A stretch of DNA of 63,834 nt, filler included, from Intoshia linei (GCA_001642005.1; 5 parts of 5 records of this genome joined end to end with filler, not necessarily neighbours in it); one strand, 5' to 3'. Positions 26,637-39,760 are shown, numbered from the whole stretch's first letter. Translations and numbers: made by a program. Notes: generated by a model from the sequence alone, not told the origin.

Positions 26637-29600
26637 ATGAATTACCTAAATTTACTTTTTACATTGTGGAATATATTCGTTTATTCATTTTTAAATGGAC
26701 ACGAGGCGCATCGAAAATCTGAAGAATTATACAACTTGCTCAATATTTTATCTAAAACTAACAAGTGTTGTTTAATTGAGAATGCACCAAAAAATTGTAC
26801 TTATAAAAAACTTGTTTACAGCGATTTGGTTTACATCAAAATATCCATTTATTGTATTGCTCCAACAAGTGTAATTCTTTTTTCATCAAGATTTACATTT
26901 TATAGGAAGAAACATATATTGCTCAATACTATCCCATAACTCATGATATGAGATATTTAGGTATATTTATTTTTTTGTATAAATTATATAAATCTTAAAC
27001 GAACATTTTTCTGAAATTATTAGAAACTAATTATTTTCTGGGCTATAAGCGTCCCTTTAATTCTATAAGAAACCCATCGAAAGTTCCGACTCGGAACAAA
27101 TTTGATCTGTGTCAAACAAATCAAAACTACAAATTGTAGTGATATCCGAAATAAAGAGGAAGATCGATTGTATTTTAAAATATAAAATTTATAAAAACAA
27201 ATTTATTTTAATAATAAGTTAATCGTTCAATTGTTCTGATACTATAGCAACTCTACACCTCCGCAATAAGTTGAGAATGGGGAAAAGGGGTGAGAACGTT
27301 TCCGGTGGCGGTATTGTTCTTTAGAGGTAACCGGTTCATTTGGCATATAATCAATATCGTGGCAAAAATTTTTTTTTAATCGTTTGTTGTAATTAGTTGT
27401 CATGTTCTTTAGATATTTTTTTCTGAATGAAATCAATAATTTTGTTAAATGGTCCAACTTTGTTTTATTTTTATTCTTATCCACAAGGAAGTTGAAATTG
27501 TGAATAATTTCCAAAGGATATAGATTATTGCGAGATGTAGTAGCGATACACCAGGGTGTACGTATAGCTTTGACTCGTCGTAATGTCTAATAATATCCAC
27601 TGACATATTACATGGTACAATAGGTACGTGCGCTGGAAATCTCTGAGAAAAATGTAAAACATCGTCACGTATAGTTATGTTGGTTCGATATTTATAGTAT
27701 TGATTATTTTTGGATAAAGTTCCGTTATTTAAAATAAAATTACGCAATTCAATACATTCCTTGTCCTATTGCTGTTTAGTTTTATATTGAAACTGATCAC
27801 TATTCAGAGATATTATATTGCTTCTCGTTTCAACACTACAAATATTAGGTCTAGATAAAACATCTGCTGCAATATTTTCGCACCTTGGGCGGTATTTAAT
27901 TTCAAATTTGAATTCTTCTAAAACCTGCAACCATCTCAGAATTCTATTGTTGACCTTCGTAGAGCTTCTAATATTTACCAAAGGGTTGTGGTCTGTAANN
28001 NNNNNNNNNNNNNNNNNNNNNNNNNNNNNNNNNNNNNNNNNNTTAATTAATTAANNNNNNNNNNNNNNNNNNNNNNNNNNNNNNNNNNNNNNNNNNNNAA
28101 TAGCTCTGTGCACCCCAAAAATTGATTATGCACCCCCGGTTAAGAACCACTGGTATAGAGGCTCATTTTTTGAAAAAGGTTTTTTTGGCGCCTACTATTT
28201 TAAATTTTTTCAATGGCCCGGGCCTACCGCTTGCTCTCCACGACCTACCTACTATGTGATTAACAAATGTTTTTCAATTTTTTTTAATTAAAATGAAAAT
28301 CTAAATATTGATACCATAATTTAAAAAAAATGAAGAATCAACTTATACCAATGTATATAAATTGAAACAAAAAATCTTGGTTCAGTCTGTGAGATTCAAT
28401 TTTAGGCGTTTATCATTGATAATTGCTTTGAATCGATTAAAAACATTTCATGCCTCATTTTCTACTTACCATATCCTTCCGTCAAAATTGAAATAATTTT
28501 GTATCTACTGGCTCCGCTCCACGGGTTTATCTGGTCCAATTGCGGGGTATTATATATTCTACGTTTCAATTTTTAATTATAATATAATATATTTAGTTTG
28601 TGGCGACATAAATGTACGTAATAATATACAAGATTCCAAAAAATATACAGATTGCCATATTGTCGACGGTTTTGTTAAAATAACATTACTGAAAACAAAT
28701 TCAAATACTTTATACTTTCCTAATTTAGCTGAAATTACCGGATATTTATTAATTTATAGAGCCAATTCTATACATTCTCTTAACCATGTTTTCCCAAAAT
28801 TATCGGTCATACGGGGACGCCTATTGTTTTATAATTATGCTTTGGTTATATACGAAGTTCCTCATATTCTGGAACTTGGATTGAATTATTTAATGTACAT
28901 AGAGCGTGGAGCAGTTAGAATAGAAAAAAACCCGTCACTGTGTTATTTAAATACAATCGATTGGTCATTTATTTTAAACAAAAAAAATAGTTTAAATATA
29001 ATCTCATCAAACAAACCGGTAGATGAATGCATTGACGAATGCCCACGTAAATGTTTCTATAATTCACTAAATTTCGACCACTGCCTGAGTGATCAACATT
29101 GTCAAAGATCGTGCTCATCTTTCTGTACAAATAAAAATCTATATTGCCTTCAGAATGAAACCCACGAAAAGAATCAAATTTGTTGTCATCCTTCCTGTTT
29201 GGTTGGATGTTATGGTTTAACAAACTATGACTGTTTTACATGTAAAAATTATTATTACAATGGTGCTTGTGTGGATCAATGTCCAAATGATTTATTTATT
29301 GTATAATAATTTAAATATTAATAATTCAAATTTTAGCTAAATCACCACAGATGTATTACAAAAAAGGATTGCTTGGAATTTAACAAATCAAACAAAATTT
29401 ATTTAAATCTCTGCGTTCAAAAGTGCCCAACAAATTCTACCATTTCTATTGATGAACCAAACATTTGCGTTGAATGTAAAGAATCTTGTCCAGTCGTTTG
29501 TCCTTTTGCATTTATTACTTCTATAGAATCTGCTCAAGCATTTAAATCTTGTTCTATCATTGATGGAGCATTAATTATTAGTGTTAAGGGAGGAAGTAAT

Positions 29601-32600
29601 TTTAAATTTATTATAATATATAATTAATTATCCATTATTCAGATTTTTAACTATCTATGTAATAGTTTAAAATTGTAAAAAAAAATTTTTGCAAATTTTG
29701 CTAAAATAATAACCAAACTTTTTGTGAAGCGTGACAATCTTATGAAATTTAATTTTTTTCAAATTTTCATTTTAAAATATCAAAATTTTTTCGAGACTAG
29801 ATTATAATCTAGAAATCATCTTACTGTGGATAATTAAGGTAATTTCGAAAACATTTAAATTTATCTTTGAAAAATATTTTTTCATTGCAATGCTATATAG
29901 AAAGATTTAATTCTTGATTAAATTTTTGTCCATATTTTTCAATACTATCGATAAATTGGTCCATATCACTTTTTGTAGCTAAACTGTAAAAAATGACAAA
30001 TCGGAAAAAATTAACGTAGTCGGCTAAAGGTTGATACCCAACCATGCAAGTTCCACTCATCATCATTTCTTTTTTGATGTAGGGAGCAACTTTTGATAAT
30101 ATTTCTTTGTATTTCGGATCCGTTTTAGGTAAATGTTTGATTTTCTCTGGTATGTACCAAAAACATATATTTACAAATTGTGGCTATTTTAACGAATGTA
30201 ATTATTATATAAACTCAAAAATAAGTTGAAATCTTAAATTACCTCATCTATGAACAATTGGAAATTTAATCTATTTTTTATTTCATCCTTGACGTAATTT
30301 GCCAATTCCATTGTACTATTAACACGATCTTCTAGCCCTGAATCGCCCAATTTTTTCCACATTAACCACAATTTGAACGCATCAACCACTCTACCACATT
30401 GAATTGACCTATCACCCGTGTCATATGAAACATCATAAAATTTATCCGTTTGAAATAAATATGTTGCTGATGCTCCATGAGCTTTTTTAAGTAAATTCTT
30501 AATATACATTAAAATGTGAATTAAACAAACTTACCTTGTAACGTGTAAAAAAAGGACAACATTGAAATGCGGCTCCAACAAATTTATGACAATTCCATGC
30601 AACAGAGTCTGATCTAAAATAAATTAGGTTTTTTATTTCATAATTTTACAATTCTATTCCTTTGACTAAATGCTTGTGTTTACTGCTTAACAGCGATGCA
30701 CCACCTAGACATGCATCCACATGCAGCCACATGTTGTATTTCTTGCAAATTTCGTGTAATTGTACCAATGGATCAAATGCTCCAGTTATTGTAGTGCCTG
30801 ATACGGCTATTACAATTGCTGGCTGATATCCCTGGAAAAGTTAATAATGTGAATTTTTACTATATATCACTTCTAGCTTGGCTTTTTCAATTTGAATTAG
30901 CAAATTTTCTGTCGACATAACCCCATTTTCATGACATTTGATTCTGAATAAACAATTTAAACCAAACCCTAGTAATGCGGCTCCTTTGACGAAAGAATAA
31001 TGCGCCTAAAATGTGAATATTTTATATTTTTTATTATTCATGTTGTTTACTTGTTCTGATAAAAATATGGCAAGTTTTGGGATTTCTTTCATACCAACAT
31101 TTTTAATTTCAGGATAAAGATGGGTTCGTGCCAGATTTAAACCATACATGTTTGAAATGCTACCGCCTATGTTTATTTATAAAAAATGAAATTAATTCAA
31201 TTGATTATTAATAATTTACCCGGACAAAAAATGGAATCTCCATCAGTGTACCCTATTTTAGATGACATGTGTTTAAGAATACTGTTTTCAATTAGAGTAA
31301 ACATTGGAGCTACTTCGAAGGTGTATCTATAATTTTTAGTAACATTTATCATGAATATTACGCGCTCGTATTTAATGCGGATGTTAACCAAGCTCCAATT
31401 AGTGACACATTATCAACTTTGCCGAAAAGTTGATTCAGAAATAGTGGATGACCTTAAATGAATTAAATTTGTAGTATATACTAAAAGTTACCCGTATTGA
31501 CTGAATTTTGCATTACTTGTTCACAAATGGTTATCAGTGTATCGTAATTGGCACCTACATCTGATAATGCCAAATCGAACTTTTTTTCTAACGTTTTTGG
31601 TTGTTGAAAATTGCATAACCCCTGACTTTTTGGTTCAGTAATATATTTTATTAATTTTTCACTTATTGTTTTTAAAAATTCTTGTTCTTCAGACATTAAA
31701 TCCTGTTTAAATTGTGTATTTATGAAATTTTATATGATTGTAATTTAGTTTGTTTGTTAAGTGTGAAGTGATATTTGAATTTGTTAATAACTTTTTTCAT
31801 TTATTGTGTGAGGTTTTATTTACCTATGATCAGGGATGGAAACAGCTGTTTATGTTTTAAGAATAGACACTATGATAATGTATTGTTAATAAAAATAAAC
31901 ATAACTATGATATGATACTATTTACGAACTTCAAAGGAGGTTAACGAAAGAATATATTTGTATCAGGCATTCTCAATTTCTATTTTTTTGATTTTTGATT
32001 TTACGTGAATCCTTATGACAATCAATTAAAATGACAGAAATTCACATATTTGTATCTCGATTCATTTAGATTTCGATGGTGCGCACCGGTAGGTATCTGA
32101 TAAATAAAGAGCATATTTAGTACCATCTAAGTCTCAATTAATATTTATTTTAATTAAACAATGAGTGGAACTGACATCATAATTATAAAAGCGGTTCCCA
32201 AATGTGGGTACTGGGACTTCTAGGGGTACCCAAAATTATTTTGGGGACCAGCTCGTCTGATACTATGATTCATAAAGTATACATATTTTTTAAATTCTTA
32301 AAAATATTGAAAATAAAAGTTATTTTGTAATAATATACTTAGTTCCTTATGTATTTACGTCTATTTGATAGTATCTGTGATTTTAAGGTTGTATATTATA
32401 TATATGTACGACGTACATTGTACGTCCCTATTCCGTTCGTTCAATCATTAACGATTTTGATATATCCATTTTTGGTTAAGTAAAGTTTTAGCAATTTTAA
32501 ATTTTTAATATAATTTTTTTAATTCAATAATAGTTACATTAGATGTAAATTATTATGGGATAGAAAATTATTTTTTTTCACTTTAGGGCTACCAACTGTG

Positions 32601-35600
32601 AAGTATGTTGGGAACCGCTGAATTATAACGATAAATAAATATTAAATACTATTAGTAATTAAGATAACTCGAAAACTGTTCGACAAAATTTTTGGGAAAT
32701 TTTTAAAATGTTGGATTAAAATTAAAAAGTAAATATTAATCCTACAATTTCAAAAAAAAATGTGCATTGAACTTCTAAATATTTCCAATAAAGAAATATG
32801 TGTGGAAATTTATATAATTGATTCCATCTGATTTTTTTAATTCTCAAATACTTATTTCAATTAAATAAAATAAAGAAGGAATAATACCCTTTAAACTAAA
32901 AGGTAATGTGGTATGACGGATCCACGGAAACAAGTTTGGGAACCACTCTAGGATTGGTAATAGTGAATATTAGCATTTTTAAGTTAGATTTTCTTATTGA
33001 ATTAATTTTTTTGGTATAATAAAAATTTCCGCCCTAGGCAGAGCTAGGGGCAGTTTGTACATAGTACATAACAGTTAACTAGTTAGTTATAAACTTATTC
33101 CTTTATTACTGTTTCTCATTTCTTTTATTAATTAAAATTATTATTAATTAATGAAAACTGTTAGATTAATAGTGATTTGTGTAAAGATTTTTTTGTGCTT
33201 CCCGCCAACCAAATTGAGTCTGATACCCCTGCTCTAGAATGGATACAATAAGATGTTAATAACAAGAGTTACATGAATGATTCTTGTAAATTAAATAACT
33301 ACAGTAAATCATATATCATATACATATGTATTAATAAGTAATTGTTAATAAAATGTTTAAAATATTATAAATGGTAACTTCCTAAATACAGTAAAAAAGC
33401 TAAATACAGTCAATTATGTTATATATGAACATGAAGGGACCAGGTTTTGATCATGCTCATACTATACTGTAATATGAATATATATGAATGGCGATAATAA
33501 TATAATGAAAAGTTTCGAAATGTCCAATCAATGTTTGTTCAAACAAAATTGTCGTGTTCATATTGAGCTGAGTTCATATATAACAGAATTGACTGTACTA
33601 TATAAAAGTAAGTTATTGAGGGTTTATTGTATTTCAGTATAATTTAATTACATCTTTTTATTTAGATTATATTGCAAATGAATTGACTAAAAATTTGGGT
33701 GAAATTAGAGAAGTACGAGATTACGTAGTGATAAAACAATCTTACTCATTATTATCATTAAATTTTTTGAAAAAATTAGAAATAATACATGGCAATCAAT
33801 TATTAAATGGAAAATATGCTTTTGTCGTGCGAGACAATAACAATTTACAAGAAATATGGTCTACTAAATACCGAAACCCATTAATAATTGGAGGTCACGG
33901 TCTATTTTATTTTTACGGAAACCGACACTTGTGCCCAACAATTATTATGGATTTTATTGCGTCTTGTAATTTTCTTTATCGAAATAAGTCTGATATATTG
34001 AGTCTCCACTCTGGAACGGAAGTTTCTTTAACCGAAAATGGAGATAAAATGGCCTGTAACATATTGAAAATAGAAACTAGGTTTACAGTAATTTCTCACA
34101 ATAGGTATATAATCCCATTTCATATGTTAGAAATTTAGTGTACTTATTCGATGGAAAAGAGTTGAAATTGAAGATTATCGACAATTAATTTCTTATCAAA
34201 TCTTTTACCGCGAATCGGTTAGCCGAAATATTTCTATATTCGAATCTAGAGATGTATGCGATTCAAATGTATGGCACAACAGAGAAGTTTTTGTGGAGCA
34301 TACACAAAAGAACATTGGACAGTTTTTGTCCAATTTAAACCCTTGGACCCAGTATGTATACTATATTCAAACTAATATTCTGTCATTATCTCAACAGAGA
34401 GGTTTAAGTGATTTAATGTTTTTTAAAACTCATTCGGATTATCCTTCTTCACCTCGTTTTCCGAAAATTATTTACATTGGAACAAATTATATAAAAATTA
34501 GTAAATATTTTTAAATTATATTAGTTCAGTTCATAAGTAATGTCGTTTTTTACAAATTTGAAAGTTTTAATTTGGTACTTTAAAAATAATGTTAATCAAC
34601 AAAACTTTCACCCGTATTTTCCACAATTCTTGCCAATTCTGTTCCGGTCATTAATTTATTACTTTAACATAAAAACTGACACCTTTATTCAGCGTCGAAC
34701 CTACTGTACCGGGACCCTCTTCGGGGCTCGACATTAATACTGTTCAAAAATAAATTACATATTAATAGTGTTTGAAACAATTTAAAAAACAAAAATTCCA
34801 TGTCAGATTTTTCCGGGAAGAAATTAAAATAAATTTCAATCTCAGAAACTTACCACTTCCCGGCAAACAACCCCAATAATTTTTTTTAAAAATGAAATGA
34901 GGCCTAGAATTTAAATTAAGTTTTAGTAAAGAAAAAAAATTAATTTCAAAGTAGAATTGACACGTTTTGGCTACGTATAATAATACAATAGTAATATCTA
35001 ATACAATATGTTTTGACACACTCATTACTCAGATCTGAGTAGTTTTGATTTTATTGAATATTTTGAGTACTCAAACCTGAGAACTTTGGAGTTTAACGGT
35101 TACGCTGACCACCAGTGATATAGTTATAATAAGTTTTCAACAAAAAGGACATTACTTATGAATCAACCTAATACAAGTACATACTTTTGTTTTTAGAGTG
35201 GCAACCGCCATTACTAAAGAATGGGGAATTAACAAATTATATACTGAAAGTTGGTAGAATATACGAAAATTTAGCATTATACGACCAAAGGAATTATTGC
35301 ATCAACAAATTAATCTTCATTTCAGAAAAATCAATTGACTCGTATATAAATGAAACATTTAACCCATACGAAATTTGTAAAAAATATCGTGACAAATTTA
35401 ACACACATGCGCCACCTGAGATTGATGAATTTCCAACAAATTTAATTGAAAATAAATACCAGAAAATCGACTCAAACGTTCGAGAATCTCAAATACTTTT
35501 CGAAGATTATATTCAAAGCAATATATTTCTAAAAAGACCAAATGTAAATAACTATTTATCGAAAAAATTTACTAGAAGTTTGGTACACAGTAATGACACC

Positions 35601-38600
35601 TCACCTTTAAATTCAAATACTGATTCTGAAAAAGTAACAACAATTAATTTGGATCACAATTTTAATAATTTTTCTATATCATCTTTAAATTATTTTACTC
35701 CTTACAAAATCGAAATTTTTGCATGTAATCAGAACCATGAAAATATCAAATTATGTTCTGTGGAACCTGCTATAATTTTCTTTCGAACTAGACCTTCGCG
35801 TATATTTTTACCGTTTGTGATGTTTCTGACGTTTCTAATATTTTATTTATTGATATTTAGATTTCGCAGATACTCTCAATATTAGTCTACTGCACACTTT
35901 CAATGTTTCACATAGGTCCTTTTGGTTGAAATGGCGATTACCGTTAAAACCAAATAGTCGAATTCTTTCACATGAAATTGAAATTCATCGATTGCAACAT
36001 AATGTATTATTTAAACTTGGCTTTAATTTATTTTGATAGGTCAAACCTGACATCATATGCATACCAGACATTATGTACCGAAAAAATAATGGTACTATTC
36101 AAATTTCAGAATTATCTCATGGGAATTACAGTTACAAAGTTCGGGTAATTTCTCTGGCTGGAAATGGTTCATGGACCCCAAAATCTTATATTTTCATTTA
36201 TAGTAATATGTGCCGATGATGTATACTTATTTTTTAGAACCTAGCATTTCATTTTCCTATACAACAATTGTTGGAATTACATTAACTGTTATTGTACTAT
36301 TTATTATTTTTATTTGTTGCATTTCAATGCTAATTTTGAAACATAGGTTTGATTAAATTATAATCTTTTATAAAAAAAATACTGTAATTTTATGATTAGA
36401 TTAAGAAAAGCATTACCAGAACACATTATTTATACAAGTACCAATCCAGAGTATTTTAGCACTTCAAAAAGTATTTTTAAATATTAAAGTAACATTTTTT
36501 ACTATGTATATTTTAGTGTATGTACCAGACGAATGGGAAGTGGACATTCAATTTGTGAGTTACCACAAACAATTAGGGAAAGGAACGTTTGGTATGGTTT
36601 ATAGTGGAATGGCATCGCATTTAAAGGGTTATGGAGAACAAAATGTTAAATGCGCGGTCAAGGTATTTACAGTTTTCTTTTTTATTATTATTTTTTTTGT
36701 TTAGACTGTAAATAAGGGTGCTTCTATACAGGATAAAATTTTATTTCTCAAAGAGGCTACACTAATGAAGTATAAATACTATCGGTTAGTTTTTATTTCA
36801 ATTTAGGGAATTTAATTGCAGTCACGTTGTAAAATTACTCGGAATTGTTTCAAAAACTGAACCAACTCTTGTTTTAATGGAATTGATGGGATTAGGAGAT
36901 TTAAAAACTTATATGAGGAAACGAAGACCTGAAAATGTAAGTCTTTAATGTCACTCTAATGTACATTTTACAATGTACATATAAACCAGTGGTTTCCAAT
37001 TCAAATAGTGTACTGACCTCTTTTCAAAAGATTTATTTATTGAAACATCAGAAAAAACATGAAATGTAAAAAATTCATGAAAAAATATTGGTAAAAGGGG
37101 ATTTTTTATTTTGTGGTTTGATTAAGTCGATTGTTCCTCAAGGTTTAGTAAAATGGAATTTTTCCCTGAGAATTTAAAATTGTATTTTTTATTAAATATT
37201 ATTAAATTTTATTAATGGGGGGATAAAAGTGGGATTTTTGAAATAATGTAGAGGTCGTCTAAACTAGTGATTGTGCCGGGAAAAAAACCGGGACAAAATT
37301 CCTGGGATATTTAATAATTTCCGAGAATTAAATTTTCCGAAATTTTTACGATTTCCCGGGATTTTCCGAAAAAAATTGAAACATACCTGTATTTGATTTA
37401 TGTTTGTTATTACTATGAAAATATGATTATATTATAAAATTTAAAATTTACCATTTCAAAAATCCCACCACTAATAAATTTAATCAAAAATACCATTTCA
37501 AGCCCTCATGGAAAAATTGTCTTACACCGATATTTTTTTCAAAAATCCGATTTTACGAAATCTTATGAAAAAAATCCATTTCATCAAACGACAAATAAAA
37601 AATTTTATTTTTCAGCCCTTAATGGAAAAATATCCTTTTTCCAATACTTTTTTTAAAAATTTCTTATTTCAACCACAAATTACTAACGCTTAAGAGAATT
37701 ATCCTCTTTTTTCAATATTATTTTTCAAAATATTATGAGTTGTTACGAACTGGAACGCTATCATCAAGATTGTTAAAATTAGGAAGCCCTTATGACCCTT
37801 TATCCTACGTCAACACAAAATGATTGAAATTTCTCTACTGCTTTTAATTTCGTTACAAAACGTAGAACGCGTTTAAAAGACGAATCTATCAATATTTATG
37901 TGTGTTTTGAAACACTTTTTCAACAATCTAAAATAAATAAATTTTTTTCTAATTAAATTTGTAAATTTCAATTTAGATTCGTGTCATTTCATTAATTAAA
38001 TTTCTTTTTGTTTCTAAAATTAATTAAGACATCTAAAATTTTTATTTTTCCAGGATTATTTGAATCTCACGAACCCCCAGGTATATAGTTTTGAACCCCA
38101 ATCGGTAACCACCGATATAAACACTAAAATTTTTAATTCTTAAATTATAATTATTTATAATTTTTTAAGCTCAAGATTACAAATTATTTAGAATTTTGGA
38201 CCAATGCCAACGTTGGACGAAATTGCCAATTTTTTGGTTGATATTGCAGATGGCATGGTATATTTAGGTCACAAGAAATTTGTGCATCGAGATTTGGCTG
38301 CACGAAATTGCCTAGTAAATTATGACAATATAGCAAAAATTGGAGATTTCGGACTGACCCGAGATATATATGAAAGTGATTATTATAGAAAAGATGGAAA
38401 ATCTATTTTGCCAGTACGGTGGATGTCGCCAGAGTCCTTGAGAGATGGAATTTTTACATGTTCATCAGATGTGTGGTATAAATATTTTAACAATAATTTA
38501 ATTTTTAATAGGTCGTTTGGAATATTGACTTGGGAACTCGTTACAATGGTCGAACAGCCGTATCAAGGTTTAGGAAACGAACAAGTATTGAAATATGTAG

Positions 38601-39370
38601 TAAGCGGTAAAATAATGGAAAAACCATACTTTTGCCCAGATTTTTTGTACGCTATAATGGAATCTTGTTGGATGTTCCATCCTAACGCACGAATGAAATT
38701 TGAAGATATTATAAAGTCCTTGGAAAGTTACACCAAGGACCCAGATTTTAAAAATAGAGCGTACATTTATTCTGACGAATACAAAAATTATATCAATGTG
38801 ACAAATGTCAAGAGTTGTACTTTTAAGCAAGATTTATTGGAAGATTCCATTAAAGATCTTAATGATGAATTTCACAAACAGTTTGTAGATTTTTCTAATC
38901 AAGAAGATGTTTCAAATAGTGACAGTGATATTGAAATTTCTGAAAAAATAATAAAAAAAAAACGAAACAAAGTCATTTCAAATTCATCCACATTAGATTT
39001 ATATTTGACATTAAACAACACAAATTCAAAAAATATGGAAAAATCTATTGAATTTGAACCTTTAAATACAATCAGAAATCATGTTAATTTTAGTAACATT
39101 ATTGATCAATGTGACAATTTTAGTATTCCTGTAAAACAAGAAATTGAAAAATCAAGTTCAGTCAATACCGAATTTATGGATTATCATCAAACTAACAATA
39201 TGGCTAAATACCGTAGATTTCTTCGGAATTTATTTCGTAGAACCAAAAAATCTTTACCAGTAAATGGAAAAAAAAATTCTTGCAAACCAATCAAATCTAT
39301 TCTGCTTAATCCTCTAAATTCAAACATTTCGAAAACATCTGGCTTTGTATCAGATAATGACATTTCCTAA
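26637..39370 (+). CDS. InR: Insulin/IGF receptor tyrosine kinase
   Basis: Probable 5' exons 26637-26870 and 26906-26960. L1/furin-like domain 28597-29300, 29337-29595. L2/FnIII 33666-34104, 34139-34500, 35197-35799, 35861-36003, ~36040-36202. TM ~36238-36346. NPEY ~36400-36470. Kinase 36517-36662, 36705-36769, ~36807-36936, ~38192-38475, 38512-39370, with [17 protein letters not shown] and [16 protein letters not shown]. The core identity is certain. The link to the first two exons crosses a gap. Confidence 0.92.
27135..27998 (-). mobile_element. Ty3/Gypsy LTR retrotransposon remnant in InR intron
   Basis: [40 protein letters not shown] (RNase H end), an integrase Zn-region HPGV, a short purine tract ggagg, then a 123-bp LTR TGTAG...CTACA (27257-27135) containing AATAAA. 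Confidence 0.85.
27999..28098. other. Scaffold gap
   Basis: N run with TTAATTAATTAA linker. Confidence 0.97.
29893..31696 (-). CDS. Group II PLP-dependent acidic amino-acid decarboxylase (CSAD/GADL1/ADC type), nested in InR intron
   Basis: Nine exons from ATG 31696 to TAG 29893: [84 protein letters not shown] (PLP Lys), [35 protein letters not shown] follows the CSAD/GADL1 F/S/Y pattern, not GAD's S/N/F. Confidence 0.9.
32189..32620 (-). mobile_element. hAT-type MITE with perfect 8-bp TSD
   Basis: TIRs agcggttcccaa / ttgggaaccgctg. TSD aattataa at 32181-32188 and 32621-32628. Inverted copy of 18192-18585. Confidence 0.85.
32720..33082 (+). mobile_element. 3' end of Helitron-like family
   Basis: Reverse-complement match to 47817-48360. 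Ends in the hairpin gtttgtac-ata-gtacataac, then CTAG|T at 33079-33083. Confidence 0.7.
33407..33595. mobile_element. Tigger/pogo-type MITE, TA TSD
   Basis: ta|cagtcaattatgttatatatgaac ... gttcatatataacagaattgactg|ta. Confidence 0.85.
36987..38114 (+). mobile_element. hAT element with perfect 8-bp TSD and internal transposase remnant
   Basis: TIRs cagtggtttccaa / tcggtaaccaccg. TSD atataaac at 36979-36986 and 38115-38122. Internal [22 protein letters not shown] near 37830-37900. Confidence 0.8.
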
Positions 39371-39494
39371 TTTATTTATTTTTGTTTATAGATTAAATTA
39401 TTATTTTTTATATATTTTCAGTTGTTTATCGCTTTTAGAATGTTGGTTTAAAAATATTTTTAATTTCAATGACAAGATTTATGAAAAATTTAAA

Positions 39495-39760
39495 AAATTT
39501 AATTGTTGATTAAATTTCTGTCCGTATTTTTTAATAATATCGACACATTTTGTATCGTACATTTGGGTCACCACTTTTTGTAACTGAACTGTAGCAAATA
39601 AAAAATCAGCGAAAAGAAACAAGGTCGACTAAATGTTAATACCCAATGACATGCAAGTTCCACTAATCATCATTTCTTTTTTAATGTAAGGAGCAACTTT
39701 TTATAATATTTCCTTGTATATCGGATCAGTTTTGGGTAAATTTTTATTTTCTCTTGTATA
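39495..39760 (-). pseudogene. Degenerate duplicate of the last exon of the nested decarboxylase
   Basis: Aligns with ~29902-30155, e.g. catgcaagttccactaatcatcatttcttttttaatgtaaggagcaacttttt vs catgcaagttccactcatcatcatttctttttttgatgtagggagcaacttttt, with indels and stops. Confidence 0.85.

Noticed and set aside
28969-29223. Antisense or alternate-frame ORFs over real exons (also 14374-14652, 38570-38830, 41667-41864, 47499-47693)
   Set aside because: Shadows of genuine coding exons with no independent evidence.
29893-31696. Calling the nested gene GAD (GABA synthesis)
   Set aside because: Substrate-determining residues follow the CSAD/GADL1 pattern (NQLF, TSxY) rather than GAD (NQLS, TNMF).
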